Source: Octopus bimaculoides
Taxonomy: Eukaryota
Assembly (NCBI RefSeq): GCF_001194135.2
Contig: NC_068985.1
Coordinates: 32,245,862 to 32,283,865, forward strand
Direction of reading: 5' to 3'
DNA length: 38,004 nt
Part shown: positions 1-12,335 of the stretch, piece by piece
Layout of the letters: each line of letters begins with the position of its first letter
Position numbering within the stretch: the first letter of the stretch is position 1
Position numbers and translations under genes: made by a program
The notes under the pieces: generated by a model
The model's database searches: none
Seen by the model: the letters and a program-made list of their open reading frames with translations, nothing else
What the model was told of the DNA's origin: nothing

Positions 1-1837
1 TTCTATGTTATGTATTTTTGCATTTACCAACCAGCAATTTATTTAGATCATCTTGTACAATGTAGCAGTCAGCTCATAAAAGAATTAATCTTTTACAATA
101 CATTTAGTAGGTTCTAAGTAAGTCTACTCCGTTTTAGAATTTGTATTTTCCTTTTCGAGACCCAGAACCTAGCTCACAGCAGAATGTAATGGAGAGAGGC
201 AATCAAGTATAAGATGTCTAACTTATGCCAATATAAGCAAAAAATTTTTTTTCTAAATGATACCCATGTATATGTAGAGATGTTTTATACACTTACATTG
301 TTGTAACCAAAATCTGGGTCTTTGGTTCTATTTGTATCACATTTCTAGTAATAATGTAAATTAATTACCTCCATAGGTCCTTATTACCTAAAAGCAGATT
401 TATCTATGCTTTTGTATACTTGTAGTGGAGTTGACTCTGTTGCAACAATTTGGACCAAGTCTCTTATTTGAGGATAATTCGAAATCTTGGTTTGTTCCTT
501 CCTATTGCAGCAATCCTTGTGTTAAAAAAACTCAAGGCTGCCATACTTTCATCTTTAAGTCATTAAAAAAAATATACCAGATGCACACATAAAAAACATA
601 CATGCAAATACACATAGAAATTATAAACTTAGCAATTAAACTAGATTCAGTGCTTCAAATATAAAATCTAATTTAACTGAATCTAGTATATACAGATTCT
701 TGTATTTGTATGTTATAGTAAATTTTCTTTAAAAATAAATTTCATCCATTTTGTCAGGAATATTTCTGTTCTATTAAATGCAAATTGATATTCAACCACA
801 AAATCTGCCAGTTTACTTATACTATTCTTTAGGTTTGCAGTTATATTAAAGAACCTATGTTTATTAACAAAAATATTCTCATTTGAATTTTATTTAGAAC
901 TTGACAGAAACAGCCTGGAACCTTTATGGTATTGTTAAACATACAATTTTAAATAATACTGAGGAATATATAAAAATTGAAAGGAAATTTTACTCACTAT
1001 CTTTTAATCAACCAACTGAACATATCTGCTAATGTTTTGCTCAAACTTTACTGATAATAGGTGTATGACAGATTTAAAGTCAATTGTATAAAAGATTGAA
1101 TGATTGTCAAAGAAAAACATCTCACTTTCAACCTTGTAGATATGTGTATGTATTGTATCTTTGCATTTCATAATATAATTGGGAAGTTTACTGCTGTAGT
1201 ATACTGGTAAATTATTAGAATCCAAAAAGGGAATAATTGCTATGTTTATTTACCTTCAGTTTTAAAACCTGGCCTCACATAAGCATTCCACTCTTTGCAA
1301 TTGATTTATTGTTTCCTAATATTTTGAAACTTTATTTTCCATATTGGCATGATTTTGATTTTTACTTAATATAACCTAGCCTCTGTTATTTCTATTTCTT
1401 CTCTCATTTTTTCTTTCTTTCCTTTTTATATATTAATTACATTTGTTCCATAAATAAATTGGAACTTTTTTGAAAATGCAAATCCCAATATATTTTTAAT
1501 GGGACATTGCAGTAAAATATATTTAGTCATTGGAATCTATTCTTTATTTCCTACTCTGGAAGATGTTTCTTCTCAGTTTATTTTTTGAATTTATTTAACC
1601 CTATGATTTAACTTAATAATAGCTAAATGACCTATTGCTGACCTTTATAGTAGTGACACTTCTTGCTGTTAAGATGTATTGCTTGTTCTAATGAGGATTA
1701 TGCACATCTTGTTGCTTGTTAAAAATGGTAACACACATGTTTATCTCACTCTGACATACATGATTATCTACTACCCAATGTGAAACCAATTGGTAAGATC
1801 AGCTGAAAGAGATCTATAATATTGTATATTTCGATTA

Positions 1838-1859
1838 ATATATATATATATATATATAT
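1838..1859. repeat. (TA)n microsatellite
   Basis: Pure TA run in sequence. Confidence 0.95.
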
Positions 1860-2068
1860 GTTATGACTATTTTAAATATTTGTTTTATTTTGGGTTTGTC
1901 GGAAGGATTGTCCTAAAATGTTGATTGGTATAAAACTAGCTGTTTTAACTATGATGCTTCTAAATTGTTGACCAGTACATATGTTGACATGTTTGAAAAA
2001 CCAATATTAAAACTGTTTTGAGTTTGCCACTCAGTGTATGAAATCTTTCAAAATATCATTGATTTTAA

Positions 2069-2743
2069 NNNNNNNNNNNNNNNNNNNNNNNNNNNNNNNN
2101 NNNNNNNNNNNNNNNNNNNNNNNNNNNNNNNNNNNNNNNNNNNNNNNNNNNNNNNNNNNNNNNNNNNNNNNNNNNNNNNNNNNNNNNNNNNNNNNNNNNN
2201 NNNNNNNNNNNNNNNNNNNNNNNNNNNNNNNNNNNNNNNNNNNNNNNNNNNNNNNNNNNNNNNNNNNNNNNNNNNNNNNNNNNNNNNNNNNNNNNNNNNN
2301 NNNNNNNNNNNNNNNNNNNNNNNNNNNNNNNNNNNNNNNNNNNNNNNNNNNNNNNNNNNNNNNNNNNNNNNNNNNNNNNNNNNNNNNNNNNNNNNNNNNN
2401 NNNNNNNNNNNNNNNNNNNNNNNNNNNNNNNNNNNNNNNNNNNNNNNNNNNNNNNNNNNNNNNNNNNNNNNNNNNNNNNNNNNNNNNNNNNNNNNNNNNN
2501 NNNNNNNNNNNNNNNNNNNNNNNNNNNNNNNNNNNNNNNNNNNNNNNNNNNNNNNNNNNNNNNNNNNNNNNNNNNNNNNNNNNNNNNNNNNNNNNNNNNN
2601 NNNNNNNNNNNNNNNNNNNNNNNNNNNNNNNNNNNNNNNNNNNNNNNNNNNNNNNNNNNNNNNNNNNNNNNNNNNNNNNNNNNNNNNNNNNNNNNNNNNN
2701 NNNNNNNNNNNNNNNNNNNNNNNNNNNNNNNNNNNNNNNNNNN
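2069..2743. other. Assembly gap (N run)
   Basis: 675 N; ORFs spanning it are artefacts. Confidence 1.
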
Positions 2744-2878
2744 AGATTATATTTTTAAAGTATTTATTTTCAAGTATTGATGCTGAGCAGGAATATAACA
2801 AAACTTTGATTTTTATTTTTGAATAATTATTTCATCCTGATAGCTTTTTTGTTCCACTGCACATTTTTTTTTTGAGAC

Positions 2879-2906
2879 ATGTATGTAATATATGTGTATG
2901 TGTGTG

Positions 2907-2938
<32 letters not shown>
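2879..2938. repeat. Compound (TG/TA)n microsatellite
   Basis: ATGT/GT/AT repeats seen directly. Confidence 0.9.
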
Positions 2939-2989
2939 AGGGTACATGTATGCAGATGTGTGTTTATATTTGTCTCATTATCTTGTGAC

Positions 2990-3175
2990 AGTTGTAAATG
3001 GTTGTCAGTCATACAAGCAGTGTCATTCATTTCCAATATTCTGTGAGAACATGTCTGGTTAGGGAGAAATATCACCTTGCTTGGAAATAGGTATGGGTTG
3101 GTGACAGGAAGAGCACCTGGCCATAGAAAACCTGCCTCAAAAAATTCCATCTGATTCAATGGTGGTGTTGATAAT
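2990..3175 (+). mobile_element. Degenerate SINE-like repeat with RTE-like 3' part
   Basis: GGGTTGGTGACAGGAAGAGCACCTGGCCATAGAAAACCTGCC resembles the GTGGTTGGCGTTAGGAAGGGCATCCAGCTGTAGAAAC segment of the LINE 3' ends at 8510 and 19597; follows a microsatellite. Confidence 0.5.
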
Positions 3176-5335
3176 ATAGAGTTTTTGAATATGGCAACCT
3201 GTAATGCCATTGACTCTGCCAATTACTAAAAGATTGTTAGATTTATTGATTTACATCATCAAATAAAAATGAAATCTCAAAAGCTTTTTTAAAATTATCT
3301 ACAGATATTTAATTGCTTTAATTGGAAAAAAAAATCAGAGGTTAAAAAGCACTGGTCATGTAATTTCAGTAGAAGGAAACTGAAAGCAGCTTACCACAGC
3401 AACAAATTTGGTTCTCAAATTATTTGAAACAGGAACCCATACAGGGTTTACTATTTCTGCTAAACTTCCCAGTTAGCATTATCCTCAACTTCCATAAATA
3501 TATATATATGATGAATACGTTTCCAATACACTAATATTCATGGGAAAATGAGTTCAGTATATTTTTAATAAAGAATATTATCAAATAATTCATTCTTGTC
3601 TGTGTGCTATTTTATGTTTAATTACTGTTTTCTTACTAATACTTTCTTGAGTAATGTTTATTTTTACTCACTGTTTCAACTCTTACACAATGGAAACATT
3701 CAAATCAGATTATCAATAATATATATACTGCTCAAACACTAGCACTATTGTATGTAATAATAACTAAATGCTCTTAATTATATTACAGATTCTGGAAGGT
3801 AGAACATGACCAAACTATAATGAGGTCATATCCTGTCACACCACACTTTTCTATTAAATTATGTTAATTCTGCTACTAAGCAGAATATAATATAACACAA
3901 TATGTTAAAAGTTTTACAATATCATATTTTGTTTATTAATATTATGTAATCTCTAACAAAACAAATCCAGAACACTCCAAAATTTTATTTCTGTTCTTAC
4001 TGGTTATCAAAAAAATGAACTTAATATGACTAAAAGGGGAAAAAGGTTAAAATTACAAACAATAAGGGAGTGCCTTATGAAAAATTTGTTAGCCTTTGCT
4101 TTGACAATTATTACAGCATATAGGTTTGTTGTTGGTGGTGGTAGTAGTAGTAAGAATCTGGTATAAATCCTAACCATAATGTTTGCAAAGATTATAATGT
4201 TAGTGTATAGTTTTTTTTTAATGATATTATTTTACATTCTCAATTTGTGTGTGGTGTTGGGGTATTAATGAACCTGCCTTAAAGTTTTTGTAGGTTTCAT
4301 TTTTCTTTGTTCATTTTTTTTTAACAATAATAAATTTCACAAGATTTTCACTTGTTCTTTGAAATAATTACAAAATTGATCAAAGTGTTTGATAAGTATT
4401 TTTATCATTGTTCTAAGATAAATCTTTCTAATTTTTTTCATGATAGAGTATATTTTAATTCAGTTATATTACAGTTAAAAATAAAATATTGTAAAAACTT
4501 TTTGCCTAATATCTTCATTACAGTATAAACTATTTTAAATTGGTTCTATTTGCTACTTTAAATTAAAATGTGTAAAGGCAAATGCTTAAATAAAAGGCAC
4601 ATTAAATAAACCTAAGATAAGTGCTAACTATTCACATTATGGAAATGTAAAGCAATTAAGAAGTCAGAACTTAGAAACAAATAGGGCACTAAATATGTTT
4701 CAAATAATTTAGAACATATAACAGATACAACCAAAGTTTGAGGAAACTAGTGGTGATCTATATCATCAAAACTTATTTAGTGAATTTCATAAATTTTAAT
4801 GAGTTTATATTTTGTGGTGAGAACAGAATCTTGATGTTTGAAATCAAACCCTTCAGCTGAAAAAGAAGAATGTGTTTTTGAGAGTTAAAGGGATTCTCTT
4901 TTCCACTATGTATACAAATAACTTTCACCAGATCATAAACTATCTATGGTATGCACAAAGGTTCTCAAAGTTAACATTATAAAAAGAATATTTGTCCACT
5001 ATGCTAAAGTATTTTGAAAATTTTTTGTTTTTAATTGAATTGCTCAAAGAGATATTTTACAACTCAATGTACATTATATTAAATAATATCTTTTAATTCA
5101 TGGTTGAATAGTCATATTCAGTTTGATATATCGAAGCAATTAAAAAGTTAAAGATGGTCATTGCAAAAGCAAGTCAAATTAAGTATCTTTAATTTGGCTA
5201 CAAGGCTGTGTATATATTTCAAGCTGCCTATCACTTCTCCTGTATTACATTTTGCCCTGCCATCCCCTTGCACCCACCAATCTGTTATTACATCACACTT
5301 ATACATACATCTCTAACATTTTATAGTGCATTTAC

Positions 5336-5529
5336 CTTGATTTTGCACTTGGACTCTCTCTTCTAGTCACATTTGCTTTGAACCAGCAGAATAGAGAGGA
5401 CTCCTTAGTTTTGCAAGAGACAAAGCAATCTCTCATGTTGGTGCTACAATAAAGTACACTGAAAACACACAGTAAAGCAGTTGGCAAACATATGGAGATA
5501 ATGGCTGGTAGAGGGGATTCCTTAGGATA
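5336..5529 (-). CDS. Candidate internal coding exon with a transmembrane-like segment (unidentified protein)
   Basis: Minus strand acceptor tatgttttcag| at 5530 and donor CAAG|gtaaat at 5335 bracket almost exactly the open frame YPKESPLPAIISICLPTALLCVFSVLYCSTNMRDCFVSCKTKESSLFCWFKANVTRRESPSAKS, whose stop falls in the donor. No family recognised. Confidence 0.3.
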
Positions 5530-5567
5530 CTGAAAACATAACATTTTTTATGCTAGTACCACAATAA

Positions 5568-5762
5568 AATGCACTCAAAATACTCTGTAAAGTGATTGGC
5601 ATTAAGAAGAATATCCAGCCATAGAGACCATGCCAAAATGGCATGTATGAGCCAGGAATGGTCCTCCTGTCTATCTAATAGGGCAGTAACACCAAAAAAG
5701 GAACTGATTTAAATTGTGACAACCCATTCAACTTGTACCAGCAGGAAAACAAATGATGATGA
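5568..5762 (+). mobile_element. Degenerate RTE-tail fragment
   Basis: AAAATGCACTCAAAATACTCTGTAAAGTGATTGGCATTAAGAAGAATATCCAGCCATAGAG ... AAATGATGATGAC parallels the LINE 3' UTR and (GAT)n tail at 8480-8665. Confidence 0.6.
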
Positions 5763-6387
5763 CAATTGCTGTAGCACTTCTTTTCAATTGTCCCTTTTAT
5801 TACATTTTTTGGAGATCATTAATTTTAGTTTTGAAAATAATAGAAAAAGTTAACTTCAATTAAACATTTGAGAGTAAAAGCAATTTTGACAGTTTTAGTT
5901 TCAGATTCACCAAAAGAACTGTAATTTCAGTGACTCCTCAACAAAATTTTGTTTTCATCCATATTTCTTAGGATCCTCATAGAATCTTGAGTCAGGTATT
6001 CATGAAATCTATACTATAAAATTTTTGCTTAAACTTGGAAGAAAATATCTGCCAAGAAATGTAGAACTGTGAATAAGTTAAAAACAAATACGTTAGTATA
6101 ATATCTACTATCAAAGTCATTAGTAAGTAACCTTTTTTCAGTGTTAGTAATGAGTAAATAGGAAGTCAGTGCTATGCAGACACTGTAACTGTTTTGTGTA
6201 CAGATTATCAAAGTATCTTGGGTAGACTGATAATACACTATTAATTCCAGTGTGCACTAAGTTGACACAGCAGTTTCAAGAAAGTACTTGAAAGTAAATG
6301 TAGTTTATAAAAACTTGTCAGGTGAGCAAAATGCATATCAGCTGCTGGTAAGATGACAGTTTTTTAGATGCTTTTCCAATGATGAAT

Positions 6388-6522
6388 ATATATTTGTATG
6401 TATATATACATATATGTGTATATATATATGTATGTATGTATGTGTATATATGTATGTGTATATATATGTATGTATATGTGTATGTATATGTATGTATATG
6501 TGTGTGTATATATATATATATA
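6388..6522. repeat. Compound (TA)/(TATG)/(TG) microsatellite
   Basis: Seen directly; source of the YIYI-type spurious ORFs. Confidence 0.95.
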
Positions 6523-7090
6523 TTAGGTCATCAAGTATGAAATTTGTAGTAAGGTATATGGTAAACTTTGACAGCTGCTCATTTTGCACCAGGATTACAT
6601 TTTGACAATATTTTTTGTTAGAAAGCTGATACATCTATTTCTTTATTCTAACTCATTTTGCGCTTTATAAAGTATTTATAAATCGTTTTTTGCTATTTTT
6701 GTTTAGAGATAGATAAATCGGAAATTCGTACAGTTTTGAAATATGAGTTCTTTCTTGGAAATACAGCATCACAGACAGCTTGGAATATTAATGGAGTATT
6801 TCATTCTAATGTTATTACACAGCAGACAGTTTCAAATTGGTTTGCAAAATTTCCTTCTGGTAACTTTGATCTCACAAATGAGCAACACGGTTGACCAGAA
6901 ACAAAGGTGGATAATAACAAACTGAAAGCCACCGTTGAGTCAGATCCAGCTCAAAGTGCCCGTGAATTATTGTTGTTGTTTGGTGTTAGCAAGCAAACAA
7001 TATTGACTCAACTAGTTCAAATCGGCAAAGTGAAATAGTTGGATAAGTGGGTTCCACATGAACTTAATGAAAATCAGAAACAGCATTATG
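6521..7090 (+). mobile_element. Mariner (Tc1/mariner) transposon, 5' half, inactive
   Basis: TA + TTAGGTCATCAAGTATGAAATT (6523-6544) resembles the Mos1 ITR. One frame from degenerate start ATA 6709 reads DKSEIRTVLKYEFFLGNTASQTAWNING...TVSNWFAKFPSGNFDLTNEQHG*PE...KVK*LDKWVPHELNENQKQH, i.e. the mariner HTH region plus the WVPHEL linker, with two in-frame stops. No catalytic domain follows. Confidence 0.92.
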
Positions 7091-7095
7091 CCACA

Positions 7096-8665
7096 AAGAC
7101 AGGATGCCCCTGGGAGCTCCTCTATGCTGATGACCTTGCACTAATTGCTGAGTCACCATCAGAACTAGAGAAGAAGTTTCAGGTGTGGAAGCAAGGACTA
7201 GAATCGAAGGGCCTTAGAGTCAACCTAGCTAAAACCAAAGTCCTAATATGTAGGAAGGTAGACAAAACACAATCCCCCTCAGGTAGATGGCCCTGCTCGA
7301 TCTGTAGAAACTCTATTAGATGTACCCAGTGAAAACTATGGACACATAAGAGGTGCAGCAATATCAAAGGGAGGTTAACTAGGAAGTTAGTTTTTGTATG
7401 CGACAGATGTTCAGGAGCAATAAACACTGAAAATGTGCAGAAAACAACTTCTGGCACATTCCAGAGAGAAAAACTAGACGTAGTTGATAGCTTCCGCTAT
7501 CTAGGTGAGCAAGTTAGTAGTGGAGGAGGGTGCGCTGAAAATGTAGCTGCTAGAATANNNNNNNNNNNNNNNNNNNNNNNNNNNNNNNNNNNNNNNNNNN
7601 NNNNNNNNNNNNNNNNNNNNNNNNNNNNNNNNNNNNNNNNNNNNNNNNNNNNNNNNNNNNNNNNNNNNNNNNNNNNNNNNNNNNNNNNNNNNNNNNNNNN
7701 NNNNNNNNNNNNNNNNNNNNNNNNNNNNNNNNNNNNNNNNNNNNNNNNNNNNNNNNNNNNNNNNNNNNNNNNNNNNNNNNNNNNNNNNNNNNNNNNNNNN
7801 NNNNNNNNNNNNNNNNNNNNNNNNNNNNNNNNNNNNNNNNNNNNNNNNNNNNNNNNNNNNNNNNNNNNNNNNNNNNNNNNNNNNNNNNNNNNNNNNNNNN
7901 NNNNNNNNNNNNNNNNNNNNNNNNNNNNNNNNNNNNNNNNNNNNNNNNNNNNNNNNNNNNNNNNNNNNNNNNNNNNNNNNNNNNNNNNNNNNNNNNNNNN
8001 NNNNNNNNNNNNNNNNNNNNNNNNNNNNNNNNNNNNNNNNNNNNNNNNNNNNNNNNNNNNNNNNNNNNNNNNNNNNNNNNNNNNNNNNNNNNNNNNNNNN
8101 NNNNNNNNNNNNNNNNNNNNNNNNNNNNNNNNNNNNNNNNNNNNNNNNNNNNNNNNNNNNNNNNNNNNNNNNNNNNNNNNNNNNNNNNNNNNNNNNNNNN
8201 NNNNNNNNNNNNNNNNNNNNNNNNNNNNNNNNNNNNNNNNNNNNNNNNNNNNNNNNNNNNNNNNNNNNNNNNNNNNNNNNNNNNNNNNNNNNNNNNNNNN
8301 NNNNNNNNNNNNNNNNNNNNNNNNNNNNNNNNNNNNNNNNNNNNNNNNNNNNNNNNNNNNNNNNNNNNNNNNNNNNNNNNNNNNNNNNNNNNNNNNNNNN
8401 NNNNNNNNNNNNNNNNNNNNNNNNNNNNNNNNNNNNNNNNNNNNNNNNNNNNNNNNNNNNNNNNNNNNNNNNNCGGTGGCACGTAAAAGCACTCACTACA
8501 CTCTCGGAGTGGTTGGCGTTAGGAAGGGCATCCAGCTGTAGAAACTCTGCCAAATCAGATTGGAACCTGGTGTAGCCATCTGGTTTCACCAGTCCTGTCA
8601 AATCGTCCAACCCACGCTAGCATGGAAAGTCGACGTTAAACGACGACGCTGATGATGATGATGAT
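7096..8665 (+). mobile_element. RTE-type non-LTR retrotransposon, 5'-truncated (RT C-terminal half, 3' UTR, (GAT)n tail)
   Basis: KTGCPWELLYADDLALIAES (YADD at 7123-7134), GLRVNLAKTKVL, LDVVDSFRYLG, in-frame stop at 7330; 3' UTR after the gap ends GATGATGATGATGAT. Confidence 0.93.
7558..8473. other. Assembly gap inside LINE
   Basis: 916 N. Confidence 1.
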
Positions 8666-8849
8666 ATATATGGGAGAATTTATGAAAAAAACAACAGACG
8701 AAGACAGGTGGTGTAAACAACAAATGTATGTATTAGTTTAACGCTTGGAAATAGAGAAAGTCTTTGACCTGAAAGTAACACAGAAAGAAACAAGGAGAAA
8801 AAAAAAATATAAATGTAGTGGTCAGCGATCTATCATGGTGACACACACA

Positions 8850-9890
8850 CACTCTGAGAGTGTAGTGGGTGCATTTTTCGTGCCATCGGCATGAGAGCCA
8901 GTCAGGCAGTACTGGTAAACGACCATGCTTGAATGGTGCTTTTTACATGCCACCGCCAGAAGTGCCAATCAGTTGGTACTGTCATCAGCCACAACGATGA
9001 CTTCACTTGACTCCTCTGGTCTTCCCAAGCGCAGTTTATTGCCCAGTGATTGAAGGGTACTCTTAGATGGGCCAGTTATGCTGCACTGGCATAGGCCACG
9101 GCTATGGTCTAACCTGGCTTGCCGGGTCTTCTCAAGCACAGCATATCTCCAAAGGTCTCAGTCATTTGTCATTGCCTCCGTGAGGCCCAACGTTCAAAGG
9201 TCATGCTTCACCACCTCATCCCAGGTCTTCCTGGGTTTACCTCTTCCACAGGTTCCTTCTACTGCTAGGGTGTGACACTTTTTCACAAAACTGTCCTCAT
9301 TCATATGCAACACATGACCATACCAGCACAGTTGTCTCTCTTGCACACCACATCTGATACTTTTTATGTCCAATGTTTCTCTCAGAGCGCTAACACTCTA
9401 TCGTGTATGCACACTGACATTGCACATCCAGTGGAGCATACTAGCTTCATTTCTTACAAGCTTACGCATGTCCTCAGCAGTCACGGCCCATGTTTCACTG
9501 CCATGTAGCATGGCTGTTCGCACACATGCTTGATACAGTCTACCTTTTTGCTCTGAGTGAGAGGCCCTTTGTCACCAGCAGTGGTAGGAGCTCTCTGAAC
9601 TTTGCCTGGGCTATTCTTATTCTAGCAGCTCCACTCTCAGAGTATCCACCCTTGCTACTAACTTGGTCACCTAGGTAACCGAAACTATCAACTACTTCTA
9701 GTTTTTCCCCTGGCATGTGACAGAAGCTGTTTTCTGCACATTTTCAGTGTTTATTGCCCCTGAGCGTTTGTTACACACAAAAACAATCTTGCTAGTTAGC
9801 CTTCCTTTGATATTGCTGCACCTCTTATGTGTCCATTGCTTACACAGGGTACAACTTATGGAGTTAGGTAACTGGAGCAGCAAGCTTTGG
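8850..9890 (-). mobile_element. Second RTE-type LINE copy, same family, inverted, truncated at both ends
   Basis: Minus strand NSISCTLCKQWTHKRCSNIKGRLTSKIVFVC...LEVVDSFGYLGDQVSS matches the + copy; 3' UTR breaks off at CACTACACTCTCAGAGTG and runs into (TG)n. Confidence 0.93.
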
Positions 9891-9969
9891 CCCAATTTTC
9901 ATAAATATATTATTAGATGTTGCTTGTTCATTATTTGTAGTGAAGAGCTACATGCTGACATTGACTTAC

Positions 9970-10049
9970 CTCATAAGTTTAGTTAAGTAGCACACTTCAC
10001 ATGTCATTGCCTTTATATATATATACAAACTCTTTTACTGCAAAAGATA
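9970..10049 (-). other. Candidate exon (strong donor), coding status unknown
   Basis: Minus strand aagttttcacag| (alternative tatcttttgcag| at 10038) to ATGAG|gtaagt; contains a short ATG frame MTCEVCYLTKLM. Splice-like sites arise by chance in AT-rich DNA. Confidence 0.25.
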
Positions 10050-11571
10050 CTGTGAAAACTTATTTTTCAGATGATTATCTTTCTTAAACAGATGGATGGT
10101 GCTAAATAATGCAGGTATCTTGTAAAATATAATTGTTCTTGCTGAGCAACCGTGTCCCCTTTTTTACAAAACTTAACATTGAATGGTAAGAAACCAATAG
10201 TGCCTAGAATAAGTTTGGAGCACATCTTGTAGGTAATACCAGAAATCAGGAAGAATAGCATTCTTGTTAAACGTCAATAGTTTGTTGAATAGAGGAGTTT
10301 TCAATTAAGCTTAAAATGTGCTTAATCTTCACTTGTATTTGTAGAGTAAATCCCAAAGTTAGTGGTGCTATATGTCTGTTGTTCATATTTTTATATATTA
10401 TCACACCAATCTGGAATATATATTTCTTAAAACTTTAGAAAATGTTAAGGCATCTTGACCAGAAAACATTTACAAAGAACACCTAGAGTTTTATTCTATC
10501 ATGTTTAGTTTAAATGTAAAGAGGATATTTTGTGGTACACTTTTATGGCTATGGATAGGTTTGTTTTAATATAGTTATTTAATATTACTTGTCCTTCTCA
10601 TTAGGTCTCTTTACATTTATATACATTGTGCTTCATTTTCTTGATTTTTTTTATTTATAGTACTATTTTGTTTTTCTGCAAGATTTTCTGAATTTTTTCC
10701 CTACTAGCTTTCCATTTGACTAAATTCATTTGAAAAATTCTAGTTTGCTTTGTCATATTTTCAGAGATAGATTCTGATTCCTTTCATAATCTACTGTCTT
10801 TTCCAAAGATGTTCTTTTATTTTTTACATTTACTACAATGATTTAGTAAATACATTATTTTCATTTCAGCTCACTGATCTACTACTCCAGTCTTTTCTCA
10901 TCTGCTCTGATCTAAAGTTGGATGCAAGGCATTCTTGTGCTTTGCTTTGGACACAGTACCAGAGATGGGGTTTTATCACATATTATCTGTTGCCTTTAAG
11001 TGGTTATTAAATTTGTTGGAAATAGGAGCCATATTTGCCACGTTGGATTATGCAGTCTTAGATATGCAATGTTCAAGAGATTAGACAATCATGGTTGGGA
11101 TGTCTTTGGTTATAGACCTATTCACTCAGACCTATAATCAAAGGCATTCTGGCCTTGACCGTTTGGTCATAATTATGGTGATGTATTTCCATGCTAATAT
11201 GAACTGGATGGGTCAGGAGTATCCTATTTTGCTACACCTCATGATTCAATAACCTCATATATAAGGAGAATATCATTTGATCTTATTCCCTTGGCTACTA
11301 TGGCTCATTATTTCACTGTATTGAAATTAGTAAATTAATGGTACAACTAACAAATTTATAGGAAAACAATTCTGTTTAGGTATTATATCCAATTTTTAAA
11401 AATAACATGACCAAGTTAGGTTATGCTTTCCCTTGTTAAACATTTTTACGTCTTGCCTCATGAATATTATTTTTGTCTGTGAAGTCAAGTTCTATCTTAA
11501 ATATTGAAAGTTGAACCTTATACGCGAATTATTCAACCCCGCCTATATTTATTCATTTATTTATTGCAAAG

Positions 11572-11699
11572 CAGTTTCCGTCTACCAAATCCACTCACAA
11601 GGCTTTGGTCGGCCCGAGGCTATAGTAGAAGACACTTGCCCAAGGTGCCATGCAGTGGGAATGAACCCGGAACCATGTGGTTCGTAAGCAAGCTACTTA
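11572..11699 (-). mobile_element. tRNA-derived SINE family 2
   Basis: Minus strand CCACATGGTTCCGGGTTCATTCCC (B-box-like) ... CACCTTGGGCAAGTGTCTTCTACTATAGCCTCGGGCCGACC; further copies at 14931 and 16765. Confidence 0.85.
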
Positions 11700-11827
11700 T
11701 TTAAATTAAATTTATTTGAACACAAATCATAGAAATCTCATCACGCTTGTCAAGTACCTTTGCTTCAGCAAAATATCTTTTCTTTTTGGTGAGGAGAGAA
11801 TTTGCTATTATTATTTGTCTAGTCAAA

Positions 11828-12041
11828 GGCAATGAGCTGGCAGATTTGTTAGCACTCCGAGTAAAATGCTTAGCAGCACTTCGTCTGTCTTTGTGTTCTG
11901 AGCTCATATTCTGCCTTGGTCGATTCTGCCTTTCATCCCTTCAGGGCCGATAGAATAAGTACCAGTTGAGCACTGGAGTCAATGTAATCGCTTCCTTCAC
12001 TTTTCTGAAATTGCTGGCCTTGTGCCAAAATTTGAAACCAA
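11828..12041 (+). mobile_element. tRNA-derived SINE family 1 with 18-bp TSD
   Basis: GGCAATGAGCTGGCAGATTTGTTAGC head, GCCTTTCATCCCTTCAGGGCCGATAGAATAAGTACCAG core; flanked by TATTTGTCTAGTCAAAGG (11812-11829) and TATTTGTCTTGTCAAAGG (12042-12059). Confidence 0.92.
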
Positions 12042-12326
12042 TATTTGTCTTGTCAAAGGTAAATAACTCTTGTCGGTTTCTTTTTAAAAGTGAAAATAGC
12101 GTAGTGAACCGCTGTATTTATCGTTCTATTATTACGCCACAACTACTGCCACGTATCGGTTAGTTTGTACTATCATTGCTAATCTCTGCAACATATGTAC
12201 ATTTAAGGGTAACAATCTCGTCTTAATCTCCATACAGCCCTTGTTCCAAGATGTAGCTGAAATTTCTGAGTTGCTGTTCGAGTAAATTTAGTAAATTACG
12301 TAAATAATATGAGAAAGAGAAAAAAT

Positions 12327-12335
12327 ATGGTGAGT
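12327..12335 (+). promoter_or_regulatory. Candidate first-exon end ATG|gtgagt in a CpG-retaining region
   Basis: Consensus donor directly after an ATG; 12070-12490 retains many CpGs. No downstream exon assigned. Confidence 0.25.

Noticed and set aside
997-1045. Minus-strand SLSKTLADMFSWLIKR resembling a myosin motor motif
   Set aside because: Upstream in-frame stop, one-residue misregister, and no other myosin exons; chance similarity.
6338-6634. YIYI/CVCV-rich ORFs (also 2827-3222, 12337-12558, 13123-13578)
   Set aside because: Translations of microsatellites.
2031-8610. Long ORFs made of X in the ORF track (also 15378-15699)
   Set aside because: They only span N gaps.
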